From assembly GCA_963728935.1 (NCBI GenBank), contig CAVSMC010000001.1, positions 3,121,591 through 3,145,590 on the forward strand: a stretch of 24,000 nucleotides of DNA, written 5' to 3'. The notes below the pieces were generated by a model. That model was not told the DNA's origin, made no database searches, and saw nothing but the letters and a program-made list of their open reading frames with translations. This document shows, in pieces, positions 7,568 to 15,830 of this stretch. This stretch comes from an uncultured beta proteobacterium. Lineage in GTDB: Bacteria; Pseudomonadota; Gammaproteobacteria; Burkholderiales; Casimicrobiaceae. The position numbers were made by a program, and so were the translations under genes. The stretch's first letter is position 1. Every line of letters starts with the position of its first letter.

Positions 7568-7637
7568 ATTCCCGCGAACGCGGGAATCCAACGTCGTTGT
7601 CGACCGAAAGTCGCTGGGTCCCCGCGTTCGCGGGGAC
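7568..7637. repeat. Pair of REP-type GC hairpins in the soeA-soeB intergenic region
   Basis: Hairpin 1 is attcccgcg-aa-cgcgggaat (7568-7587). Hairpin 2 is gtccccgcg-tt-cgcggggac (7618-7637). Each has a 9-bp perfect stem. Their spurious translations give the ..PAFAG(M/T)T.. strings seen in track ORFs, which is typical of a dispersed repeat family. Confidence 0.8.
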
Positions 7638-7656
7638 GACAAACGGTGACGCACAC

Positions 7657-8388
7657 ATGACGCAACTCGCGCTCGTCATCGACTTGAACGTCTGCGTCGG
7701 TTGCCACGCGTGCGTGACGAGCTGCAAGGAATGGAACACGTCGGGGGAGGCCGGTGCGCTCGCCGACTTCAATCCGTATGGCAAGGATCCGACCGGAACG
7801 TTCTTCAACCGTGTTCAGACGTTCGAGGTCGGCGAGTACCCGAACACGCAGACCGTGCATTTCCCGAAGAGCTGCCTGCACTGTGAGGACCCGCCGTGCG
7901 TTCCGGTGTGCCCGACCGGCGCATCGTACAAGCGCGCCGAAGACGGCATCGTGCTCGTCGACTACGACAAGTGCATCGGCTGCAAGTACTGCGCGTGGGC
8001 GTGTCCGTACGGCGTGCGCGAGTTGGACGAGCGGCAGCAGGTGATGAAGAAGTGCACGCTGTGCGTCGACCGTATCTACGACATGTCGCTCGAGGCCTTC
8101 GATCGCAAGCCAGCGTGCGTCAAGGCGTGTCCCACCAGCGCGCGCCTGTTCGGCGACATCCACGACCCCGATTCCGAAGTATCGCAGGCAATTCGCGAGC
8201 GCGCCGGTTACGCGCTGATGCCCGAGTGGGGTACGAAGCCGGCAAACCATTATCTGCCCCGCCGGCGCACGACTCCCCAGATCGAGACGGACCAACTCGT
8301 GCGCGCCGACAATCCGCTGAAGATCGACGGCAAGTTGCCGAAACCGCGCCAGGACGACGCGGCGCTCGACGACGTCACGTCCTGGTAG
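7657..8388 (+). CDS. soeB: 4x[4Fe-4S] ferredoxin subunit (DmsB/PsrB-like); SoeB-like
   Basis: The start is MTQLALVIDLNVCVGCHACVTSC. It has four Cys clusters: CVGCHACVTSC, CLHCEDPPCVPVCP, CIGCKYCAWACP and CTLCVDR..CVKACP. The track start at 7597 is rejected because it lies inside the REP hairpins. Confidence 0.85.
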   Translation: MTQLALVIDLNVCVGCHACVTSCKEWNTSGEAGALADFNPYGKDPTGTFFNRVQTFEVGEYPNTQTVHFPKSCLHCEDPPCVPVCPTGASYKRAEDGIVLVDYDKCIGCKYCAWACPYGVRELDERQQVMKKCTLCVDRIYDMSLEAFDRKPACVKACPTSARLFGDIHDPDSEVSQAIRERAGYALMPEWGTKPANHYLPRRRTTPQIETDQLVRADNPLKIDGKLPKPRQDDAALDDVTSW

Positions 8389-8402
8389 CAAGAGCCATCG
8401 AC

Positions 8403-9344
8403 ATGCACCCCGCATTCTCCGTTGTCTTCCTCACCACCCTGATCGGCGCCGGACAGGGATTGTTCGTCGCCCTCTACGCCGCGCAGTGGGGCGAACGGCA
8501 CGGATGGCTCGTTGCCGGACCCGACCGCGACTACGTCATCGCAGGTGCGCTCATCTCGATCGCGCTTACCGCAGCAGGGCTCGTCGCGTCGCTCTTCCAT
8601 CTCGGCCGGCCCGAGCGCGCGTGGCGCAGCGCCGCGAAATGGCGCACGTCGTGGCTTTCACGCGAAGTGATCGCGCTGCCGGCTTTCCTCGGCGCGAGTT
8701 CGCTCTACGCGGCCGCTGCGTATGTTGGCTTCGATGCGCCGCTCATCGCGGGCGCTCCCGCGCTTATCGCGTGCATCGCGCTGTTCATCTGCACGGGCAT
8801 GGTGTACGCGGGCATCCGCTTCCTTCGCGAATGGGCGAGTCCGCTGACGCTCGTCAACTTCCTTTTGATCGGCTGTGCGTCGGGGTTCACGTTCGCCTCG
8901 GCGCTGTCGGCGCTGCTCGCGCCGTCGCTGTTCCGCTTTCACGCCGCCGGCGCCGCCGTACTGACCGCGGCGGCGCTCGTCTCGCGCGCCGCGTCGCTCG
9001 TTCGCAACGCCCACCTCAAGCCGAAATCGACGCTGCAATCGGCGATCGGCATCAAGCATCCGCGCATCGTTCAGATCGCTCAGGGGTTCATGGGCGGCTC
9101 GTTCAATACGCGCGAGTTCTTCCACGGCGCGAGCGCCGGCGCGTTCCGCTCGATCAAGTGGCTCGCGCTCACCCTTGCGTTCATGGCGCCGATTGCGCTG
9201 CTCGTTGCCGCGCTGGCGGCATCGGCGCCCACGTTGGCGATCGCCGCCGTCGTCGTCCAATGCGCCGGGCTCGTCGCCGAACGCTGGTTCTTCCTGGCGC
9301 AGGCGAACCATCCGCAGAACTTGTACTACCAGGCCATCGCGTAG
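8403..9344 (+). CDS. soeC: polytopic membrane anchor subunit (DmsC/NrfD-like); SoeC-like
   Basis: The start MHPAFSVVFLTTLIGAGQGLF lies 14 nt after the soeB stop. The protein is 313 aa with multiple hydrophobic helices and the motif FHLGRPERAWR typical of these anchors. Confidence 0.8.
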   Translation: MHPAFSVVFLTTLIGAGQGLFVALYAAQWGERHGWLVAGPDRDYVIAGALISIALTAAGLVASLFHLGRPERAWRSAAKWRTSWLSREVIALPAFLGASSLYAAAAYVGFDAPLIAGAPALIACIALFICTGMVYAGIRFLREWASPLTLVNFLLIGCASGFTFASALSALLAPSLFRFHAAGAAVLTAAALVSRAASLVRNAHLKPKSTLQSAIGIKHPRIVQIAQGFMGGSFNTREFFHGASAGAFRSIKWLALTLAFMAPIALLVAALAASAPTLAIAAVVVQCAGLVAERWFFLAQANHPQNLYYQAIA

Positions 9345-9538
9345 CGTGACGAGCGTAACGGACGGTGCGATCGCGGCGACGACGTTTGCCGCCACTATCG
9401 CCCCTGCATGCGCGGGGAATCGCGCCGCGATCGAAGCGCTTTTCGACCGCCGCGCCGGCGCGTGATCCGGCAGGGCTCTTGCCTCGCTCGCGCCGCGCGG
9501 GTCTAATGATGGCGTTCGTCTCGATCACGGGGACCGCC

Positions 9539-9964
9539 ATGTCGATACGCTCGATCCGCTCGATCGTCCAGGGTCAGACGCCGATCACCGCGCCGAAAAC
9601 GGCGATCGTAGCCGACGTCGCACGGCTTATGCGCACGCACAACGTCGGCTCGATCATGGTAGTCGACGGCACGCGGCTGATCGGCATCTTCACGGAGCGC
9701 GACGCGTTGTTCCGCGTGCTCGCGGGCAATCGCGACCCGGGCGCCACGAAGCTCGGCGAGGTGATGACGCCGCAGCCGCAGACGATCCATCCCGACGAGC
9801 CGTTCCTGCGCGCGCTTCGGATGATGCACGAGGGCAAATTCCGCCACATGCCCGTCGTCGAATTCGATCGGCCGCTCGGCATGGTCTCGGTGCGCGATGC
9901 GCTCGACGAGGATCTGCACGAGCTGCGCGCCGAGCTCGAGCAGCGCGAGGAGATGCGCGAGTAG
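9539..9964 (+). CDS. CBS-domain pair protein
   Basis: The sequence reads MSIRSIRSIVQGQTPITAPKTAIVADVARLMRTHNVGSIMVVDGTRLIGIFTERDALFRV ... VMTPQPQTIHPDEPFLRALRMMHEGKFRHMPVV..PLGMVSVRDAL. It contains two CBS motifs. The start is chosen at ATG 9539, and ATG 9506 is an alternative. Confidence 0.8.
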   Translation: MSIRSIRSIVQGQTPITAPKTAIVADVARLMRTHNVGSIMVVDGTRLIGIFTERDALFRVLAGNRDPGATKLGEVMTPQPQTIHPDEPFLRALRMMHEGKFRHMPVVEFDRPLGMVSVRDALDEDLHELRAELEQREEMRE

Positions 9965-10017
9965 AGACTGTTCGCCGCGCGCTCCCGCGCCGAACACGAC
10001 GGAAGCTCCGCGCGCCG

Positions 10018-11379
10018 CTAGCCGTCTGCGACCCGTTGCCGTTGCCGCAACGAGTACCAGTCGAGCTTGCGCGTGAGCGCCATCGCGCCCGCGAGCACCG
10101 CGAAAACGAGCAGCGAGCCGAGCAGCAGCGCGTTGTCCTCCGACATCAGCAGGCCATACAGCGCGCCGTACAGCGACGTGAACAGCAAGGCGAACGCAAG
10201 GCCGCGCCGCCAGCCGCCCAGAACCGCGGCGAGATAGTGAGCGAGCAGCGCAATGCAAGCGAGCGACGCGACCGCGTATGCGATCGGGAACGCGATATGT
10301 TCGGAAAGGCCGATCAGCAGAAGGAAGAACGTCGCTAGCGCAAGACCGACCAACAGGTATTGCGCGGGATGGATCGGCAGCTCCTTCAAGAGCTCGAACA
10401 GCGCGAAGCAGCCGAACGTGAGCCCGATGAACAGGAAGCCGTATTTCAACGCACGATCGGACAGCGAGTAGACGTCGATTGGATCGATGAAGCGCACGTC
10501 GATGCGGTCGGCGCATACCGATTGCGCGCACGCTGACCTGCCATCGAGTTGTGCAATGAGCTGTCGCTGCGCATTGGACGCAAGCGAGGTGGCGTTCCAC
10601 TGCGCGCTGAAGCCGTCCGCGCGTCGCTGCTGCGAGTCGGGCAGCGGCAGGAACTGTCCGCCGAAACTCGGATGCGGCCAAGCGGAGCGCAAGCTCGTGC
10701 GATCGTCATCGGCAAGCGGGACGATCGACAACGACTCGGTGCCGTGCAGCGCGATGTCGATCGAATAGGCGAATCGCTGCGGCGTCGACGGATCGAACGG
10801 CGTCACTTCCGCGTGCACGCCGTTGGCGGCGCGATCGAGGCCGCTGCCGCGCTCGAACGCGATCGCCGCGCCGTTCCAGACGAGCGACGGCGCGCCGATC
10901 AACCCGCGCGGATCGGCGAGCACGATGCCGACCGTCGGCTTGCCGAACACCACGCGCGAATCGGTGCGCGTGCGCTCGACGTCGGGCGGGCGATCGAGCA
11001 CGAATTCGCCGCGCACGATTGCATGCCACGTGAAAACGCGCACGGCGAACAACCCGCGCGATTTCGTTTCGATCGCCGCGTCGCCGTCGATCGAACGGCT
11101 CGCGGGAAAGAAGTGGGCGACGTGCTCGACCCTGCGCCGCTCGACGTGATGCGTACGTCCGTCGATCACGGGCTCTTCGAACTCCTCGACGTACGGCACT
11201 GAAAGGATCGGTCCGGCGACGAGCTGCGAGCCGTAGCTCGCCGACGCGATCTCGCGTACGACCGCCTGTTGGCGGGCCGCGCGCTCGCCGACGATGCCGT
11301 CGATCATCCGCAGCGCAATCCCAAGCAACACTAACAGCGTCACGATCAACGCCGCTTTGATCAGCAATCCTTTCTGCAT
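10018..11379 (-). CDS. creD: cell-envelope integrity inner-membrane protein CreD
   Basis: The opening MQKGLLIKAALIVTLLVLLGIALRMIDGIVGERAARQ, the motif SAWPHPSFGGQFLP, and the C-terminal helices YLLVGLALATFFLLLIGLSEHIAF all parallel E. coli CreD (..NWPHPSFLGDFLP.., ..YLLVGLSLVMFYLLLLALSEH..). The 52-codon upstream extension in the track is Arg/His-rich and rejected. Confidence 0.85.
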   Translation of the reverse strand: MQKGLLIKAALIVTLLVLLGIALRMIDGIVGERAARQQAVVREIASASYGSQLVAGPILSVPYVEEFEEPVIDGRTHHVERRRVEHVAHFFPASRSIDGDAAIETKSRGLFAVRVFTWHAIVRGEFVLDRPPDVERTRTDSRVVFGKPTVGIVLADPRGLIGAPSLVWNGAAIAFERGSGLDRAANGVHAEVTPFDPSTPQRFAYSIDIALHGTESLSIVPLADDDRTSLRSAWPHPSFGGQFLPLPDSQQRRADGFSAQWNATSLASNAQRQLIAQLDGRSACAQSVCADRIDVRFIDPIDVYSLSDRALKYGFLFIGLTFGCFALFELLKELPIHPAQYLLVGLALATFFLLLIGLSEHIAFPIAYAVASLACIALLAHYLAAVLGGWRRGLAFALLFTSLYGALYGLLMSEDNALLLGSLLVFAVLAGAMALTRKLDWYSLRQRQRVADG

Positions 11380-11607
11380 CGCCGCGTTCGTCCTGCTCCG
11401 GTGCATGCAGCATGTCCGACGGTGATGTCGGGAGCGTGGCGATGCATGGCCGAATTGTGTTGACGGAAGGGCTATCCGCAGGCAGTCACCGCGAAACCCC
11501 GGGATGGATCGTCGGTCAGTACCTGTACGCACCAACAGGCCGCTGCGAGCGCGCTTATCCGTGAAGCGCAGCGGGTTTCTTCGGTTTCGCAGCGTCGAGG
11601 TCGTGTC

Positions 11608-12951
11608 ATGTCATCGCGCAGCATCCTTCTTGTCGCCGCGGTCGCCGCCACCGTCGCGGGTTGCGGTCAAACGGCGCATTTGCCGATTACGGCGGGCATG
11701 GGTCCCAGTCCCGAGCTGCCGCCGCCGCAGAAGTCGCTGATTCCGACCGTAAACATTGCGCCGGCGAAGGGCTGGTCCGCGGAAAGCAAACCGGCGGCCG
11801 CGCCGGGTCTCGCCGTCAACCGCTTCGCCGACGGTCTCGAGCATCCGCGTTGGGTGTACGTGCTGCCCAACGGCGACGTGCTGATCGCCGAATCGAACGC
11901 GCCGCCGAAGCCGGAGGACGGCAAGGGCATCAAAGGCAGGATCTACAAGGCCGTGCAGAAACAGGCGGGCGCGGGCGTGCCAAGCGCAAATCGCATCACG
12001 CTGCTGCGCGACGCCGATGGCGACGGAGTTGCCGAAACGCGCAGCGTATTCCTGCAGGGCCTTCATTCGCCATTCGGCATGGCGCTCGTCGGCAACGAGC
12101 TGTATGTCGCGAACTCCGACGCACTGGTGCGCTTTCCGTACCGCGAAGGCGAAACGACGATCAGCGATTCGGGTACGAAGGTCGTCGACTTGCCGGCGGG
12201 TCCGCTCAACCATCATTGGACGAAGAACGTGATCGCGAGCGCTGACGGCTCGAAGCTGTACGTGACCGTCGGTTCCAACAGCAACGTCGCCGAGAACGGC
12301 ATCGACAAGGAGGAGGGCCGCGCCGCGATCTGGGAAGTCGACCCGAGGAGCGGCTCGCATCGCGTGTTCGCGTCCGGCTTGCGCAACCCGAACGGCATGG
12401 CATGGGAGCCCACGACCGGTGCGCTATGGACGGCGGTCAACGAGCGCGACGAGCTCGGCAGCGATCTCGTTCCCGACTACATGACGTCGGTGCGCGACGG
12501 CGGGTTCTACGGCTGGCCGTACAGCTATTACGGGCAGCACGTCGACGACCGTGTCAAGCCGCAACGCCCCGATCTCGTTGCGAAGGCGATCGTCCCTGAT
12601 TACGCGCTTGGCCCGCACACTGCTTCGCTCGGCCTCGCGTCATCGCGCGGGACGAGCCTGCCGGCGCAGTTTCGCGACGGCATGTTCATCGGCCAGCACG
12701 GCTCATGGAACCGCATGCCCAAGAGCGGCTATAGGGTTATCTTCGTGCCATTCGCGAACGGCCGGCCGTCGGGACCGGCGATCGACGTGCTCGCCGGCTT
12801 CGTCGACGACGACGGCAAAGCGATGGGGCGGCCCGTCGGCGTCGCAATCGACAGGCGCGGCGCGTTGCTCGTCGCCGATGATGTCGGCAACGTCATCTGG
12901 CGCGTCAGCACCGCGGCACCGGGCACGACCGCTTCAGCCGCAGCGCGCTGA
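11608..12951 (+). CDS. PQQ-dependent sugar (sorbosone/glucose) dehydrogenase family lipoprotein
   Basis: It has a lipobox, [12 protein letters not shown]|C. Beta-propeller motifs are present: [45 protein letters not shown], and [25 protein letters not shown]. Confidence 0.85.
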   Translation: MSSRSILLVAAVAATVAGCGQTAHLPITAGMGPSPELPPPQKSLIPTVNIAPAKGWSAESKPAAAPGLAVNRFADGLEHPRWVYVLPNGDVLIAESNAPPKPEDGKGIKGRIYKAVQKQAGAGVPSANRITLLRDADGDGVAETRSVFLQGLHSPFGMALVGNELYVANSDALVRFPYREGETTISDSGTKVVDLPAGPLNHHWTKNVIASADGSKLYVTVGSNSNVAENGIDKEEGRAAIWEVDPRSGSHRVFASGLRNPNGMAWEPTTGALWTAVNERDELGSDLVPDYMTSVRDGGFYGWPYSYYGQHVDDRVKPQRPDLVAKAIVPDYALGPHTASLGLASSRGTSLPAQFRDGMFIGQHGSWNRMPKSGYRVIFVPFANGRPSGPAIDVLAGFVDDDGKAMGRPVGVAIDRRGALLVADDVGNVIWRVSTAAPGTTASAAAR

Positions 12952-13054
12952 GGCATTCGCTTTCTCAGCGCGAAGCGCGGGCGGGCGGCAATGATCGCCG
13001 CCGGTCCGCGCGCGGGGTAACATGTCGTGACCCTCACGCAGGAAGGAGCGGATC

Positions 13055-14077
13055 ATGAGCATTCACGACGAACTCGCGGCGACCATCAAGAAGCTGACCG
13101 CGCCAGGCAAAGGCATCCTCGCGGCGGACGAGAGCATGCCCACGATCACCAAGCGCTTCACGGCGGTCGGCATCGAATCGACCGACGAAACGCGGCGCGC
13201 CTATCGGAACCTGCTGTTCACCGCGCCGGACGCCGACCGCTATCTCGCCGGCGTCATCCTGTTCGAGGAGACGCTCGATCAGAAGGGCGACGACCAGACG
13301 CTCTTCGCCGAGGTGCTCAATCGGCGCGGCATCGTACCCGGGATCAAGGTCGACAAGGGAACCGTCGCGCTGCCGAACGCGAGCGGCGATCTCATCACGC
13401 AGGGCCTCGACGGATTGGGCGAGCGCTTGAAGACGTACAAGGCAAAGGGCGCCCGGTTCGCCAAATGGCGTGAGGTCTATCCAATCACCGATCGCAATCC
13501 GACCCGGCTCGGCATCGAAGCGAACGCCGAGGTGCTCGCGCGCTACGCGACGATCTGCCAGGATCAGGGGATCGTTCCAATCGTCGAGCCCGAGGTGCTG
13601 ATCGACGGCGACCACACGATCGAGCAATGCTACGAGGCGACCGACGCCGTGCTGCACGCGGTGTTCCACGCCCTGCATCGGCATCGCGCGATCCTCGAAG
13701 GGCTCGTGCTGAAGCCGAACATGGTGCTGCCCGGCAAGGAGCGTCCGCCCAAGGCGAGCCCCGAGACCGTTGCCCGAGCGACGCTCGACGCGCTCAAGCG
13801 CAACGTTCCTGCGGCCGTTCCGACGATCAACTTCCTGTCCGGCGGGCAGGCGCCTGTCGAGGCGACCGCGAACCTCAACGCGATGAACGCGATCGGCGGA
13901 GCGCCGTGGATCCTGTCGTTCTCGTACGCGCGCGCGTTGCAGGACGACGCGATGCGCACGTGGGCAGGCCGCACGGAAAACGTGCGCAACGCTCAGGAGC
14001 TCTTCCGCCGCCGGCTCAAGATGAACAGCCTCGCGCGCGACGGCAAGTGGAACGACGCGGCAGAGAAAGCTGCCTGA
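13055..14077 (+). CDS. fba: fructose-bisphosphate aldolase, class I (eukaryotic-type)
   Basis: The sequence GKGILAADESMPTITKRF...GVILFEETL...PGIKVDKG...IVEPEVL...LKPNMV... contains classic class I FBA blocks, including the Schiff-base Lys region LKPNM. AGGAAGGAG lies upstream of the ATG. Confidence 0.9.
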   Translation: MSIHDELAATIKKLTAPGKGILAADESMPTITKRFTAVGIESTDETRRAYRNLLFTAPDADRYLAGVILFEETLDQKGDDQTLFAEVLNRRGIVPGIKVDKGTVALPNASGDLITQGLDGLGERLKTYKAKGARFAKWREVYPITDRNPTRLGIEANAEVLARYATICQDQGIVPIVEPEVLIDGDHTIEQCYEATDAVLHAVFHALHRHRAILEGLVLKPNMVLPGKERPPKASPETVARATLDALKRNVPAAVPTINFLSGGQAPVEATANLNAMNAIGGAPWILSFSYARALQDDAMRTWAGRTENVRNAQELFRRRLKMNSLARDGKWNDAAEKAA

Positions 14078-14150
14078 CGCAGCGCCTCGTATCCGTTGTC
14101 TTCTTCTCCTGCGGCGCGATGAGGGCCCCCTGTCCCGCGGCGCTATGAGC

Positions 14151-14183
14151 GCGACCCTCTCCCGCTCCGCGGGAGAGGGTCGC
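14151..14183. repeat. REP-type hairpin downstream of fba
   Basis: gcgaccctctccc (14151-14163) pairs perfectly with gggagagggtcgc (14171-14183), giving a 13-bp stem and a 7-nt loop. No T-tract follows, so it may or may not terminate transcription. Confidence 0.75.
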
Positions 14184-14582
14184 GGTGAGGGCTTATCCGC
14201 TCAAGCGCCCGACCGACTTGCCGGTCGTCTCGAAGATCGTCGCGAGATCGCCCTTCGCATGCAGTAGCCGAAGAACAGGGACAGAAAGAATCCAAGGCAA
14301 CGCGCCGGCGACCACGGGCCCGCGTGCGGCGAATGCGCATCGTTTGAAGCGTTGGAGGGCTTCGGCGCGACGCTGGCTCAAAGCGAACGCGCCGGCGACC
14401 CTGCGATCCCGCCGTAGCTGACAAAGCGCGACGAGACGCCCCGAGCGTCGCTCGGGCGGATTATTCACGTTGACGCGCCGCTGCCGCGGGTAGACGATCA
14501 ACCGGCTTTGCGCACTGTCATCTACAGCTTGCTTTCCGGCGAGCGCGTGGGCACCATACTTCGACAAATACCGGGAGGGACC

Positions 14583-15776
14583 ATGGCGCGGTCATCAGCG
14601 TCGCATCGCGCGGCGAGATCCGCCACAGTCAGGAAACCCGTCGCGCGCGCCGCGTGGCCGTCCGGCGTCGATCTTTCCGGTCTGGCCGTTTTCGAGCGAC
14701 TTTTCGTGCGCATGCCGGTGCGGCTGCTGCGCGCGCGCAACAACGCGATCGACCAGCTGTTCTACGACGTCGATGCGATTCCGCCGGCGAAGCGGCGCGA
14801 GCTCCTGCAATGGTCGGACCCCGACGGATCGATCGTCGTCGTGCATCCGGGCAGCGCAGACGCGCGCGAAGTCGCTCACTTCACGCAGTTCGATGCGTTC
14901 GTCGCATGGCGCGAGCGCAATCCGATCGAGATCGTCGCGATCGCCGGCGTCGGAAGCTCGGCGCTCGGCACCGCGGCGCTCGCTGCGAACGTCGCCGATG
15001 CGTTGGGCAAGCCCGTTGCCGGGATCGTCTCCGGATACGGCGTCGCCGACGCGGTGACCGAAGGGTTGGTCGGATGGTTCGTGCTGCGCCCCTACAACCG
15101 GCTGCGCCAGCTCGTCGATGGCTGGCTTGCGCTGTTCGAGCCGATGCTCGCCGCGGTGAGCGCCGACACGCAGCCCAACGGCGACCCGCAACGGCTCGTC
15201 ACATACGTGCGCGGCCTTCCCGAGACGGACACGCTCGATGCGCTGCTGTGCGAGCCGCGCACGCGCCTCGATACACTCGTCGGCCACAGCAAGGGCAATC
15301 TCGGCATCGCCGCGGCGCTCGACAATCTGCCATCGGCCCGCTCGCGCGCGCTGTGTCCGAAGCTGTCGGTCGTCACGCTGGGCGCGCTCGTGCAACTGCC
15401 GGCGACGCTTCGCGACGCGCGTCAGTTCATCGGCATGCTCGATGGCTTCGGGCTCATCAATTCGATTCTGCCGCAAGTCTCGACGGTCGTTCCGTGGGCG
15501 ACACATTCGCTCAACACGCGATGGCCGTTCCATTTGGCGGCGATGCAGACGCTCGCAGCGAACGACGCGATGTCGCGCGCGGCGTTCGATCGTGCGGCGC
15601 ACGCAGTATCCGACGCGATGCAAACGCCGGCGTCGTTTGCGCGCCATTGGATCGACGCGTGCGCGGGCGCGGCGGCGGCGTTCGAGGGCGCGCTCGGCGA
15701 AAGCGTGCGATCGCTGCGGCAGGGCGCGCAGCACGCGGCGTCGAGGGCACGTGCAAACGTCCATCGAACCACGTGA
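14583..15776 (+). CDS. orphan alpha/beta-hydrolase-fold protein (putative Ser esterase/lipase), first gene of the hydrolase cluster
   Basis: The ATG at 14583 is preceded by GGGAGGG. The nucleophile elbow LVGHSKGNLG is a GxSxG motif. Candidate acid and His residues lie downstream (MLDGFG, WATHS). The strand-like blocks IVVVHPG, IVAIAGVGSS and VVTLGA are present. There is no signal peptide. Confidence 0.7.
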   Translation: MARSSASHRAARSATVRKPVARAAWPSGVDLSGLAVFERLFVRMPVRLLRARNNAIDQLFYDVDAIPPAKRRELLQWSDPDGSIVVVHPGSADAREVAHFTQFDAFVAWRERNPIEIVAIAGVGSSALGTAALAANVADALGKPVAGIVSGYGVADAVTEGLVGWFVLRPYNRLRQLVDGWLALFEPMLAAVSADTQPNGDPQRLVTYVRGLPETDTLDALLCEPRTRLDTLVGHSKGNLGIAAALDNLPSARSRALCPKLSVVTLGALVQLPATLRDARQFIGMLDGFGLINSILPQVSTVVPWATHSLNTRWPFHLAAMQTLAANDAMSRAAFDRAAHAVSDAMQTPASFARHWIDACAGAAAAFEGALGESVRSLRQGAQHAASRARANVHRTT

Positions 15777-15830
15777 CGAAGGGGAAGAGGGCGTTATCCC
15801 GAGGTTGTCCCACCTGAGTGAGGCCTTGAC

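Noticed and set aside
4657-9344. Annotation as periplasmic polysulfide, thiosulfate or tetrathionate reductase (PsrABC, PhsABC or TtrABC)
   Set aside because: Those enzymes carry a Tat signal on the catalytic subunit, and none is present here. The cytoplasm-facing SoeABC-like interpretation fits better, but it remains unverified without phylogeny.
14193-14567. 124-aa minus-strand ORF in the fba-cluster spacer as a real gene
   Set aside because: It has no convincing RBS. Most of the translation is Arg-rich or low complexity, and only the last about 23 residues look protein-like. It is kept only as a possible gene remnant in the finding for 14078-14582.
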